Assembly (NCBI RefSeq): GCF_024521635.1
Contig: NW_026250446.1
Location: forward strand, 62,001 to 126,000
DNA length: 64,000 nucleotides
Source of the DNA: Tricharina praecox
Lineage: Eukaryota
Direction of reading: 5' to 3'
Made by a program: the position numbers and the translations under genes. Below the pieces are notes generated by a model. The model saw nothing but the letters and a program-made list of their open reading frames with translations. It was not told the DNA's origin and ran no database searches. Each line of letters opens with the position of its first letter. The first letter of the stretch is position 1. Shown piece after piece: positions 36,013-49,364 of the stretch.

Positions 36013-38459
36013 TGCAACTCGGTCGCGCAGACAGATACCGAATAATGGCAGTGCAGGGCCAGAAAGCAGGCACCAATGCGGCAGCCAGTAATATATCGCG
36101 GCTGGAGGGGAGCGACGTGAGCGTCGACAACGACGACAAAGATGCAGGCCCCGCGAAACGCGCACCCCACAACAAGAGCTGGCAGAAAAAGAAGAAACGC
36201 TCCGTGAACGAATCCCGCAAAAAAAAGGAATTCGCAGAGATCACCCACGAGACGGTGCCCATGCAAGAGGGCGGCGGCGGGACGGGGTGCAGGACGGGGT
36301 ACTCTACGGTGGCAGAACGGGGTGCGGTATGGAGATAGCAGGATGGGAGCGAGCGGCGTCGGGCGAATTGGCTGTCTCGGTGCGGAATGAGAGCTGGTCA
36401 ATCGGTCGGTCGGTCAGGTCAAGCCGACTGGCAGAGGTTGCGGGGGAAGATAGATGGATGAAGCGCGTGAGTGAGGGTTGCGTTGCGATGGAGTTGTGAA
36501 TGTGAATGTGGGGTTGGGGGGGGGGGGGGGGGTTGGGGGGGGATGGGTGAGTTTGAAATGCACAAGGAAGTTTGGTTGGCGGAGGCGAGAGTCAAAGGCA
36601 AGTCAAGTCTGTCGATCAGCCACCCAGCAACCCCAAGTGTTCCACTTCAAAGTTGGCACCAACTTCTGTGGAGAAAAAAAAAGAAGTGGCAGCAGTCAGG
36701 CCAGGCCCATGGCATGACGCTCGTCGCTCACCACCACAGCACAGAAACAGGGTCCAACACCAACTGCTGTAACTACTGGTTAGTTCGTGGGCAGATGGAG
36801 AAGTCTATACCTACAAAGTGCTGGTAGCGACCGCCTGGCCTGGCCATGTGAGGGGAACCCGTGCTTTCCTTCAGGTTCGTCTTCGTGTTCTGCCTCTTCT
36901 TCAGAGGGTAACTTCCTCATCCCCGCCCATGGCCATCTGTCCGCCACTTCCGCCGCCGCTAGATATTGCGACTAAAATCCAACGCTTCAGATAGCCCACG
37001 ATACATACGACGCTACGGTATCTCGACGGGGAGGGGAGGAGGATGACGGTGGATGGCATGGAGCCAGAGTAAAACGGGCCTAATCTCTGGACACAGGGAC
37101 GGTCAGCGGCTTTCGCAGCACGCGCAACGGACAGCGAAACAAAGTACCTGCTGCTGTGACCTGCAGCTCACGCGTGCGCCCTTCTTTCATCCCGGTGCGA
37201 GTTTTTTCTTCGTCATCCATCCGGCTTGGCTCGCCTCCCAGTGCGATGATGCTACATCCCACTCTAGTGCTGCTACTGCTGCTGATGATGATGATATCGT
37301 CACTCTGTCGTGGCATGACCGACAGGCTGTGATGACCGCTGCCGTCTTCCAGTTCCAGGGGCGAGGGCGGGGGCGGGGGCGGGGGGGAGGGGGGTGAGCA
37401 CCGGATCGCCTGCCATCTTCCCTTTTCCCGCAGGCTGCTCACACACATGCTTATCTCTCGGGATCCACGGTCTGTCGGTCGGTCGGCGGCGTCACCCACC
37501 ACTCTCGCTGCTCGTGTGCGTGGGTGTGTGGGAGCAAGATCTGACCTTGTCTGACCCAGCGCCAGCACTTCGCACCCCTTCGCACCCTTTCGCACGCACC
37601 CAGGATGCAGTCCCCTCATTCCTTGCAGACTTTCTTCTCGAAGGACCAACGGAATCCCCGTTCCCCTCCAGACATGCTCTCTGTGGCTAGCGGCACATAT
37701 TTGTGGGCCCACACCCAGCGCGAGAACCGTGGGGAACCCTGTCCCACACCACACCAATCGCGCGGCCACCCCGACACACACACACTTGTTTCTCCGCCTC
37801 CGCCTTAGTTAAGTCTTGCATGAAAAGAAAAAGAAAAAAGAAGGAAAGAAACAAAGACACAAAAAAAGGGCTGCGAGAGAAAGGGAGGCACACGGTCGCG
37901 CGGTCGGGCGTCACAGACTTCCTGTCCCATGCACGCCAGCCTTCCCTCTCCTCCTTTCCCAGAGAAGCCCCGGGCCCCCGACGTGTTGATAACCTGCGGC
38001 AAGCCCGGTCAGTCCCTCACGGACGTGAGTGAGTGAGTCGCGACGAAAAACAAAAAACTGAAAAACAGTGGAAGAAAAACTGCGTCGAAACACATCCTCA
38101 TCCTCAACAGAAATGTATGCACAGCTCTCCTGTCTCTACATACCAACGGCCGGGGAGAAGAAAAAAGAACCCCGCATCAAATCACGAGTCGCTGCATCTT
38201 CTTCCAGGCAGGGAAGATGTTCAAGCCTCCAACCTCCAGCCTCCCGTGACTGCCGAGCGTCCACGCCACGCCACGTCTCTTAGCGGATGAATTACCCAAT
38301 AGCTTTTTCGTGATTGGCTGGACGCGCTTGCGCGAGCATTGGCATTACTCGAGCGTAATTGGCGGTCGGGCTATTCGGGTTAGCCACGGCCATGGTGTGG
38401 GCACAAGTACTAGTCCATGTCACGAGGGCGTTTCTTGTGGTCTTCTGGTCTTCTGGTCG

Positions 38460-38583
38460 TGTGCGGTGTGCGGTGTGCGGTGTGCGGTGTGCGGACGTAT
38501 GCGATCGCGACTGCGACCGTGACCGCACTAATTTTTGAGGTTTGAGGTTTGAGGTTTGAGGTTTGAGGTTTGAGGTTTGAGGT
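38460..38583. repeat. (TGCGGTG)n and (TTTGAGG)n heptamer microsatellites
   Basis: Directly visible at 38460-38494 and 38534-38583. Confidence 0.95.
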
Positions 38584-39137
38584 TCGGAAGTTTGCGGTTT
38601 GGACGGAGGCGGAGGCGGAGCACGGTGGTCTGGCCTCATGCGGTGGTTTCGATTGTCGCTGCTGGAACTTCTACGATACGGAAACATATAACCCGCCCAC
38701 TTCGGCCCGCCGATGAACGTCCGGACTCCGGATTAAGCACTCTTCCTTCCGTGTCGAGATTATCGAGATGCATTCCCGGCTCGGGCAACGACAGCGTGAC
38801 CGGAAACTCTCCGGAGTTCAAAATTGACGATGCGGTGGACGATGCCGTGCACTCACATATCGCAGATGTCGCCCGCTGTTTTGGTTAGGTTTGTCTGCGG
38901 CGTCGCTGGTACTCTAAAGGCGAGGCTTCGGAGTCTGTGTCACCCGTATATCGTTAGAACCCCATTCGAGCGAGGACCAGAGTCCCGACCGGTCCGTGAA
39001 CGGTGGCCGGCGGGGGGTGCGGGCCCAGTGGGGTGGGTGGCTTGGGTTAGGATTAGCGTCGGTGTGCGGTCAGCCGGCGGGGGCGGCCTAGACAGCGGGG
39101 ACGGCCTAGACAGCGGGGGTGGCCTCGACCTCGGCGT

Positions 39138-39197
39138 CGAAAGGCTCGAAAGGCTCGAAAGGCTCGAAAGGCTCGAAAGGCTCGAAAGGCTCGAAAG
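39138..39197. repeat. (CGAAAGGCT)n 9-mer tandem repeat
   Basis: About 6.5 perfect copies. Confidence 0.95.
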
Positions 39198-41136
39198 GAC
39201 GAGGTCCAACGAGGCCTCGCCACCCCTGCACACTCACTCACGGGCGGCCAGCCGGATCAGCCCCTCCGTGCAGCCGCTTATCGGCCACCGCGCCCGTCAG
39301 GGCGCTGTCTCCGCTTCGACTTACCTGAGTCAGCGGTGGACACTGGAACTCCAAGTCCAGTCGCCACCGCCTGCGTAGTGCGGCCGTCTCTCCGACACCA
39401 CCCGCATCCGCACCATCCAACCGTTTTCGTGCTCCGACAATTTTTCGCCCGTCCGCATGCACATCCGTCCAGTGTCCTGCCTCCAGCCTCCAGCCTCTCT
39501 GTCTCCGGTCGACAACCGCACCAGGCACCCCCACAGGCGACGCCGTGCGCCCACGGTCTTCAACTGATCGCGCGCACGCTGCCCGATGTCCGTCGCCTTC
39601 AGTCTCCAGGGCCACGAAGACGGCCGCCTGCATGTCGCGACTGGGTGCGGCTGGGTGCGACTGGGTACGATTGGGTTTTGCCTGCCGCGATTGGGTTCAT
39701 CTTGTTGCAACCGGCATTCCGCAAGCGGCCATCTCTCGCGGGCGGCGTGTCGATGCCGCACCGCCGCCGCCGATGAAGCGCGTCTTCCTGGAACTGCGTG
39801 CGGGTGGGCGGTCGCGACTCTTATCTTATCTTATCTTGTTTGCGGAATCCGGATGTCTGGTTTCGTCCGACGGTTCTGGGTTTCGTGTGAGCTGAGATAA
39901 GGCGGGGAGATGCGCGGAGCGGGCCTGCGTGGGCTGCCGTTTTCGTTTTCGTTTTTCATTTTTCGTTTTTCCTCCGGCGGCGGTCGGCGGAACGAACGAG
40001 CGAGCGGGTGAGCGGGTGAGGTCGCGTCGTGGGGCCGTGACGCTTGTAACGCTCTTGGCGGGTACTGGGTATACTGGTACTCCATGTACATACATCTGTA
40101 CTCTACATAAAGTGCTCGCGTTCACGTGTTGCTCCCATGTATGACACCTATTGGATTCTTGATTTACCTACCTATCCCAAGTTTGAAGTCGCCGACCAAG
40201 TCACCATGTAGAGTACATACCTCCTCCGTGGCGCCAAGATGTTTCGTTTCGGGAGCAACACCGAGAGTGCTTGGATGGGAAACAATTTCCTTCTGGATGG
40301 ATGACCACTGCACTCGCGGCCATCCCCGTGTGTCCCGGTCCCACGTCACCCCCTTCACCCCCACAGTGCACACGCCAGCCATGCCAGCCATGGATCACAC
40401 ACCCGCCCAGTGACCACGCTCCACGGCCCGTGAATTACTCTCGGCGGAGAGATCTTCGCCGTGAGTATCTCTGCTTCCAAAAAGACCTCAATCAAGAGTC
40501 AAGGACGAAAAGTTAAAACCCAAAAAGGAAGCAACGCACACGTTGCATATTGTGGGGTATCTAGTTTAGGTACGGTAGAGTTCCAGGAGATGGCGGGGGC
40601 GGGGTGGAGGCGCGGGGAACGTCTGGGGCAGATCTCCTTACCTACACACATGCCTGGATAGATAGATACCCGTGGGGTCGGTTGGGGGTTTTGCTTTTCT
40701 ATGTACCCCTCATCCTCTGTAAGGTGGTTGTGCACCGTGGACCTGCTTCTTCCATCCACCTAGGGATTTATTTCGTTTGTTTCCGTTGTCTGCGGCTCCG
40801 CCTACGGCGGCTGATGGATATATCTATATGTAGATAATCACATCCTGCCAAACCAGCGCAGTCGAGTCGAGTCCAGTGTGGCCGGCCGGCTGGGCGTGGC
40901 GAGTGGTGGTGGTGTGCTTGGTGTGCTTGGTGTGCTTGGTGTGCTTGGCCCTCCGAGCTATCATGCACCCCACAATCTGCACTTCCTTTTTCCGTTCTCT
41001 CTCTCGAACTCTCTCGAACTCTGTCTCTCTCTACGCTTTGCTTTTGCGAAACCAAGATTTTCTGTCTGCCTGGAAGGAGGGATATACCGTACCGTATGTG
41101 TACTTTTTCTTTCTGCGACATTTATGAACGAGATGG

Positions 41137-41502
41137 CATCCATCCATCCACCATCCATCCATCCACCATCCATCCATCCACCATCCATCCATCCACCATC
41201 CATCCATCCACCATCCCTGATCCCTCCATGATCCATCCATGCTTGCTTGCATCATTCCTTCCTCGCAATCTCGTTAACCTTTTTTTTTCTCTTTCTCGTT
41301 CTCTTTCTTTTCTCCGGCGACGTCGACATTGACATCGTTGGGTTCGTTGCAACTTGCAAACGCGCGGAAGGCGTGCGTGGATGAATGGTTGGTCGGGACT
41401 CGGCCGGGCTTGCGTGCAGGATGTTTGGGTTTTTGTGATGTTGCGGGGTTGATGACTGGATGACTGGATGACTGGATGACTGGATGACTGGATGACTGGA
41501 TG
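41137..41502. repeat. (CCATCCATCCATCCA)n and (GATGACTG)n tandem repeats
   Basis: Directly visible at 41137-41216 and 41451-41502. Confidence 0.95.
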
Positions 41503-44500
41503 GTGGTGATGTGTATGCACCGTATGTGTGGATGGACGCGATACCCCGCAAAGCTACATACTTTAGAGGTAGCTGACGAACCTGCGCCTAATGCGCGCCC
41601 GAGTGCTGGTATGATCTATTGCGTCATTGGAGATGAGGCTGCTTGCAAAGAGGAGGAAAGGACTTCTTTCCGAATCCCGACTCCTCGTGCTATCATGGTA
41701 GGTGTAGTAGACCACCAGGTGTCAGTACGCAGGAACTAATCTGGGGTACATACGATACGATACGTGAAGGCACGCGAGTACGCAGTTGCCTACCTATGGC
41801 ACCACGAATGCGGCTCGCTATGTACTCGAGTACATAGCTGCAGGGGTGGGTATCGGCGAAGGTCGAGGAGTGGTTCGGTTCGATTTGGTAGTAAGAGTAA
41901 GCATACCGGTACTTGTCTCAGAGTGCGTGAAAACACAGCGCAAAGTCTCCCGTACCCTCCTGTCCCAGCTGTGGCCTGCCGATACCTACCTCAGACAAGG
42001 CTGCGTCGCCCCGCGTCCGCACCCGCCGGATTCTAGTCTCGTGAGTCGTGAGTCGTGAGTCGGGAGTTGTGGCGTGAGGCGTCTCCGACTCTCCGTCACC
42101 CGTGATCAGGGAATACGGTACCCAGAGTAGATTCCGCAGCCGTGCCGCCGCTGATGCTGACTGACTGATGGAATGTTGACGCTGTCTGTTGATATGTAGC
42201 CGTGGGGCACTGGGGCTGTCGCTTGACACTACCGTACCTAGCATCCGTGCCGCTCGTGGTGGTGACCACCAACCCCCTATGCAACTAACGCCGATTCATG
42301 CGCAGGAAATTGGCGCCCTCGCGAGTCCCGAAGGATCGATCCAGCGGCAGTTCCCGATCGCGTGTGGTGGGCCTTGACACATACCTACGGGACGAACATC
42401 GGTTCCGACGATCACGACGATCTCGATTCTCGGTTGCTTGCATCAATAGTTAGTTACATGGTGATGCGTCGGTGGTGGGTGGGCGATACGAGTGAGTCGT
42501 GAGGATGGATGGAGAGTGTCCACTGTACTACTCTGTAGCCGGTTTTCCGCCGCTGCGTGAATTCGATGGCCTTATCGAGAAGTTTCATCGTCTTCGTCGC
42601 CTTCGTTACGTCTGCGCTTCTCCTCACAGTCGAGTTCGATCGGTGGCCAGTGATCTGCCCGGCGAATGGCGTCCATCACTGTCGGTCGGATACCGTAGGA
42701 TGCTGCGATCGGGATTTAACGGTGTCGCAACTGACGTAGTTTAGTTTGCCGCAGCCCGACGGTGAGGATAGGTAGGAGGCGTCTGCAGTCGGAGAGAAGG
42801 TAAAGCACATCACATCAGATCAGATCAGCGTCTCGGACGTGCGGGGGCGATGGCTGAAGTACAAAATCATGGCCGGGCAAGACCGGCGGCGATCGGGAAT
42901 CCGATAATGTAGCGGCACTTGCAGTAGAAGTCCCTTTCGTACCGTATCCTTCTCTTGTTGTTCCTTCAAACACCATCCTTCCTTCTCACGCCATTCGTGC
43001 TTGGGTGCTTTCCTCATGTCCACAGACGGAGACCGCCGGTACCCAAAGTGCTTGTAAATTAACCTGCCGGCCAGATACTCGGCAGGGTTGGAGATGAAGG
43101 AGGACATACTCGCCATTGACCTTCCTCTTTCCATTGCTGAATTTCGGGCCCCTTCATCCGGGCCGGTTTCTTAAGCCATCGACTTCCGTGCTCTTCAATC
43201 GGTGTTGGCGTGCAACGATCCGAGGGACTTAGATGATATTTCCAGGCAGCTGGTGCAGGACTCCAACGCTCCTTTGTCAGTTTTGCCTTCTCTTCGGCTG
43301 CTCATGGCGGGCGCGAGATCGCGAATTCCTATCAGATGCCGCAAGCGCGAGTGACAACCCATGTGGTATCCGCGCACCACGATGACACCCCAACGGTGGC
43401 CCCCAGCGCGCAACTAAATCCCCACCGATGAATTAGCATGTCACGGTATGTGTCTCTCCCGGTCAACATTGTGGCGGTCGTCTCGTATCCGTCTCGTGCG
43501 GAATCAGGGCTGGGAGGGCTAGGCTTGACGATCGCATTGATCGAAGGATGACGCGGGTTAGTGGAAGGTACGCTGAGGGCTTCTGTCTGCACGTATTCAT
43601 CCGTGAGGTTTCTACTCAACACGCAACGCTCTTCTGTAAAGTACCCTGCCTATAGGTAAGCCACGCGCACGGCCGAAGACTTACCAAGTTTCCATCCGCC
43701 TGCGGCCTTGCGCACCAAAGTTCCCACGACGACGTCGTGAACAGGCCGCTAGGTACCCTTGAGAGAGTCCTGATACTCGCCGATCAGTATTCTCCTGGCC
43801 GCCCGGCTTGATATCCGCCCTTGCTCGACGTAGGAGTGGCTCAGCTTAGTCGCTGTCGGAATACCGCATGTGCTTATCCACGCACGGGAGGGTGAGACAC
43901 TCAGCGCGACAGGCGAGGCACGTTTCTCGGCGAGTAGGAACAGTCTGCGAGCTCTGAATCATGACGGTGGCGGCGGCGGAAACAATCCTGAGACTCGAGA
44001 GTGAGAGCGCGAAGGAAGTGTCGACTGACTGTCAGTCGGAAACGGGGCGGAAGAAATGGTTTGCAGGTTGACGGATTCGTGGGGTAGTTGAGTGGTACTA
44101 TGGTGCCACAGTGCCACAGTGTGAGATGTTGCGAGATGTTGCGAGATGTCGCCAGATATGCGCGAGTTGTCGAACGAATGGCAACAGCAGCTGTGCAGCG
44201 TCACCGTACCACTGTCTTCGGCGATGTAGTCCTAATCGGGACATCATGCGGTCGCACTCGGCCGCACCAACTCGAGCGCTGGATGTTTGTTCGAAGCTGG
44301 GTGCAGAAGGCCTAGCTCGTGGTACGCAACTCTGGGATAGAACTGTATTGTTACATGGCTAGGCGGAAGGTGGAATTGGGCGATAATACCAGACCACCCC
44401 CAGTATCGTGACTCGTGAGTGTAGATAGGAGTGTGAAAAAAATGCTCAGCGCAATTGTGTCGTTTTCGGTGGTGACTTTCGCTGTTCAAGATGTGATCTT

Positions 44501-44884
44501 ATGTACAGGAGATAAAATCCTGTGGCCATCATTGCGGCTTGTGTTCGTGTCATGAAGAGATTACCTTCTTGCCCTCCGGCAAAGGTACTTCATCTGTCAG
44601 TTCTTAATTCACGATTCCTAGGGACGTTTTGTGTAAGCCTATTCCACCGCAGAGCTAGAAGAAACTGTCGAGAAGAATATCCTTGTCTCTACAACAGCTG
44701 GACCGTTGCTAAAGCTCTCATGGTAGATTACGTGACATCTAAAGGTATGGACGAAATTATGGGGACCCTAACGAAAAGAAGTACTTTGTACTATGCATTT
44801 CCAATATCATAACTTCTCGTAGGAGCCAAGCACTCATTTCTCAGGCGGGTGGAGGAATCCTCTCTTTGAATTAAGAGTCTTGGC

Positions 44885-45706
44885 CAGTGTTCTACATAGT
44901 CCGGTCGGGACTGTAGTCCGGACTGGACGGTCTGCCAAGATTTGTTCCGGTCCGGCCCTTTGGACGGACTGCCGAAAAGTATTCCGTCCCGTCCATGGAT
45001 TCCGAGGACTGCAGTCCGTCCTCACCTCCGAAAATCTTGGACTAGCCCGCAAGGTTGTCAACCGTCCATCCCGTCCGTCTTTGAGGTTGCCTGGTCGGGG
45101 ACGGACGGAATTAGTCTGGCTGAGGATACCAAGGACTACAGTCTTCCGGGCTGGAGAAATGAGGACGGATACCCTACAGGGCCCGGAATTGACTGGGACG
45201 CTAGGACAATGCAAGCGGCGTGGCGCCACACAGTGGTGCAGGTGTGCGGATATGTGGCTGTGCGGCTCCATTTCGCAGTGTCTCTCACGGTATAGAACTT
45301 TCACACCATCCCAGTCCCTACTTTTAGCAGTGTCTATCCCCTGAGCTCGATTGTTTGACGCTGAAAATTCTGCTCAAGGTTGAAAACTCAGTTGGTAGCC
45401 ACCGCGCGATGTACAACTCCGCAAACTAGTAGTCAGTATAGCACCCTAGTGCTATCAGATACCTATAGGTAGCTGGCGGGCATCCGGGCATTTCATCCTC
45501 CGGACGGAATGGATCAGTCCTCTGCAAAGCCTGCCCGGGACGGGACGGGACGGGGCGGGACTATGATCCACTAGTGGACTGTAGTCTGGACGGACGGTTG
45601 ACAGCCGTGCTAGTCCGTCCTCACACCGCTCCCGGACGGACTGCCGAGATACAGTCCAGTCCGGTCCGAGGCTCAGGACGGACGGACTGGACTATGTAGA
45701 ACACTG
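44885..45706. mobile_element. Non-autonomous hAT-type element (MITE), 822 bp
   Basis: Perfect 18-bp TIRs CAGTGTTCTACATAGTCC / GGACTATGTAGAACACTG; 8-bp TSD GTCTTGGC / GTTTTGGC; dense GGAC/GTCC subterminal motifs. Confidence 0.92.
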
Positions 45707-46425
45707 GTTTTGGCTGCGCGAGGATGAAATCTAAAGTCTCACGTGTTCTCGTGGACTTCTCAAATGTCCATGTGCGCCCCACTTTTGTTGACTGTTTTCA
45801 GGAGTTCTCTCTTCCCTTTTCTTCTCCATTCTCATCACAACCCACAACAACATCATCAGCGACACCATTTCACGCCTCGCGCTTGACATTGCTCAAGTTT
45901 CCGCAGCCGCAGCCCTCGCCGCAGGAGCACATGCAGACGTGGTTGACGAGCTCGATGGGGTTGGAAATCATCTTGATGTTGGGTGGTAGAGAGGGATGAT
46001 AGTTGGGTGCAGGGGTATGGTTAAATCGAAATGGAGGACTTTTTGTTTCGTGTGAGTGATGGTTTGAAGGTGAGCGAGGTGAAGAAGGAAGGGTTGGGAA
46101 TGTGAAGCTGGGGGGAATATTTAAACCTATTTCGAGCGGCGAAATATGAGCGTAGAATTGCTAGGTCGGCGCCTGATTTCCGATTGGAACACAAAGCCTC
46201 CTAGCTTTTTTTTGGTTTCATCATTCATTGCGATTGCGGCAGGAAATTGGTGTTCTCTCTCATGGCTGTATTCTAATTTCTCGCCTCCACAGCCGGTAGC
46301 GTGAGGTGTGTCACGTGATATTACCGAGTGATATCTAATTAGTGCTCCTTGCGTCACGCCGAAAACCAAAAACAAAAACCATCACCACCCCCGGTGGGTG
46401 GCTTAGGAAGCCCAAGAACTGACAA

Positions 46426-46508
46426 GGCTTTCACCCGGGTTTGAACCGGGGATATTCCCTCAACTCCCCTCGTCGATTGCATGGCCTAGACCACTAGACC
46501 ACGCGGGT
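46426..46508 (-). pseudogene. tRNA pseudogene or tRNA-derived sequence
   Basis: D arm GTCT-AGTGGTCT-AGGC and perfect T arm CCCGG-TTCAAAC-CCGGG, but the acceptor halves (ACCCGCG / TGAAAGC) and the anticodon stem do not pair. Confidence 0.6.
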
Positions 46509-47741
46509 TTTTTCCGTGCTGCATATATGAATTCGAACCTCATAAAGTGGTGCATTCCACCCTGCGATGGATAATAACAACACAACGACGAAGCGAGGTC
46601 CGCCAAATTAAATCCCCATCGTCTTGCCACCGCTGCACCTCCGCTGTACCACATTTATCATGTCAGACGGAGTGTACGGCGTAAGTTTACAAGTCTCCGG
46701 TGCTCCGCCTAGGCACCCGGAATACAAAGGAAAAAACACAACTACGAACAAAAGCTCGAACAAGTTCCTCTTCCTCTCTCACTATTCTGTCGCGCCCGGA
46801 GAGGCCATGAGGGGCGGCGTCAGTAGAGCAGAAGCCTTGGCCCCCCTCCGCCACCATGTCCCCTTCAAAATCCAGGCTGATAGCGTCTTGCGCTCTCCTC
46901 TCCTCCAGCTGTTTCTCATGTTCCCTCTGTGCCTGCTCGCACTCTGAGGACTCGATGGCCACTGACCCTTCCCGAACCGGGAGAGCTAGTCTCCCTACAT
47001 GTAGCATGGGTTATTGCTAAGAACTTTAGGATTGCGTCACTGCAGCGCTTGTCAGCGAAGAGATGGCGGATGCTGAAGCGATCGGGCCAGGTGCTTACGA
47101 ATGACGTCGATCATGTAAGCCTCGAGTGAGATGGAGTGAAGAAGTCTGCAAAGTTCTTCCACAAGCAAATTGGACATTCTCTCTCCTCTGAAACCCCTCA
47201 GTTGTTTCCGTCATGAAGTATAGGCCAGCTTTATCATGGCTTGAATGTCGGTTACTTCATCTGGTGTCTCATATTCCCCCTGCTTAAAATTTCGTGGTTC
47301 GACTCACCCGCACGAATATAACCATCACTCTGCTACTTAGTACCTACTTCGCCACAAACGCGCCAAAAACAAAAAGTAAACATCAAGTAACTCAACCCTC
47401 TCACTCCGAGTGCTTTACCCGAAAACAAAATTAATGAGATTGGCAACACAACCGGAGGATGAATTGGATTCAAAAATGTACTGTGTATTCCAGCATGCTG
47501 ACGAGGTGATTCTCGATAGCGCTTCCATCTCCAAGGTTATCTCACGGGTATCATGTGCTAGAAAGGCTAATGCGGAGAATATACGAGTTTGATACAGGAC
47601 AAACACTGCATCCGACATCGGCTCGTGCGCCGGAGCGATCAACAACTTCAACTTCGATCAGGGATAGTATCAGAAAAGTCCCACGGCGTGCACTCGCCCA
47701 ACTACTCCTTCGCGATCTATCATCCCAACGCCTGCGTAAGT

Positions 47742-49364
47742 AACTACCGTTGTAAAAAAAGGGGTTTCTTTTTAACAGTGGAGCGACTGTTGTGCCATTA
47801 TTTTTTGTCAAACCCGTAGGAAAAGTAAATACCATATCGTGATAGTTGAAAATTTCACACATGCCAAATTATTGACCTATAGAAGCCACTCAAAACATTG
47901 TACAGTCCGTGTTGGATTCACAGACGTGTTGCAAGTTTTTAACGGAGGGAGTGGATATACAGTTCACAGGCTTTTCCCGTGAAAATTGGAAGCCGTAGTA
48001 CAAGTGATCCTTTTTATAGACAGCAAAATGGCCAGCAATTCCCTATGTGGTTAAAATAAAGCGTTTAAGTGCCTTAAAACGTTGCAACATCGTTTTCTTG
48101 GCATTTTCTTGGCATTTTCGAACTGTTCAAACTTGAGGAGCAGGAGTGCAACGTGTGAATATCAGAGATGAAACTGGGCTCGGGTTTTCTCGCTTATGCA
48201 GGATTTTTCACATTGGTCTTGAAGCACTAAGCACATGGATTTATATTCTACGAGTACTACCTACGAGGCCAGCGGCCAGTATCCACGGCGGTCAGTATGC
48301 AGTATCTAATATCTGATGTCTAGTATCCAGTATCCAGTATCCAGTATCCAGTATCCAGTATCACAGTATCCAGTATCAAAGTATCTACGGCGGCCAGTAT
48401 CTACAGCGGCTAGACAAGTATTACTGCAAGGTGAGCTATTAGCGAGAGAAGCTATCAGGGAAAGGAGGAGCTGCGGTGAGAGTAGAGTTGCGGCGGGAGG
48501 GGGAATAGCAGTTGCGGCGGGGCGAATAGGTGGGAGTGGGGATAAGTGGGAGTGGGAATAGGTGAGGGTGGAAATAGCAGTTGCGGCGAGGGGGGTGATA
48601 GCAGTTCCAGTGGGAGGTTAATAGCAGTTGCGGTGGGAGGGGGGATAGCAGTTACGGCGGGAGGGGGAGTTGCGGTGGGAGGAGGAGATGTGGGGGGAGG
48701 AGGAGTTGTGGGAGAAGAAGAAGAAGAAAAAGAAGAGGCAGATGGCTAAGAGAGCGTACGACCCCGCCATGCCCGCCATGCGGGCCAATTTTGCGGCCCT
48801 CTACTAACTACATTCGTCTTCTCCCACCGACAGGAGTCCTCCTTCACTTCCTCCTCTTGCCGACAACTCCTCCCACAGCTCCTGAGTCATCTCGCGGATT
48901 GACTCAGTCATTCCTGTTATTACTCCCTCTTGTGGCAGCTCGCTCATCGCTCCCCACACCGGAAAACAGTAGAAAAATGCCAAGACAACGTTTAAATTGT
49001 TGAAACGTGACGACAAGGGTAGAAAAATGCCAAGAAAGCGCTTATGTGAGCACCAACGATATATCATCTCGAACTTGTGTTTTTATATTTCCACCAGTTC
49101 CTGTTTACTTAAGCGTTAGATCAACGTGTGATAAATTCACACATTGTCTGGCTTTTTGCCGAGTTTACAATTTAAAATGGGTGTACTGTCCATCATCATT
49201 TTATTTCCGCATCGTTTTACGTGGCTCACGTTATTCTAGATGCAATAGTTGCGGGATAGTTGCGCAATATTGCAGGGCCGCTTGTGAAATCTAATGATCG
49301 CGCAACCATTTTCCAACCCACCGCTCACGTTTAAAAAACCCCCCTTTTTTTTACAAGGGTAGGT
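47742..49364. mobile_element. Non-autonomous TIR element, copy 1 (~1.62 kb)
   Basis: ~40-bp TIRs AACTACCGTTGTAAAAAAAGGGGTTTC.. / ..AAAAAACCCCCCTTTTTTTTACAAGGGTAGGT; highly similar to 59234-61101; no transposase ORF. Confidence 0.88.

Noticed and set aside
35357..36401. Long poly-Ala/His/Leu ORFs on both strands
   Set aside because: Open frames are explained by trinucleotide microsatellites; no domain is visible.
38534..38583. (TTTGAGG)n as an interstitial telomere
   Set aside because: It is not the TTAGGG repeat of filamentous ascomycetes and is one of many local SSRs.
42820..43622. Minus-strand ORF fragments
   Set aside because: Protein-like in places, but no recognisable motif or consistent splice model.
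49007..49294. Near-identical 95-aa ORFs at 49007 and 60746
   Set aside because: They lie inside recently duplicated TE copies, have a non-ATG start and show no transposase motif.
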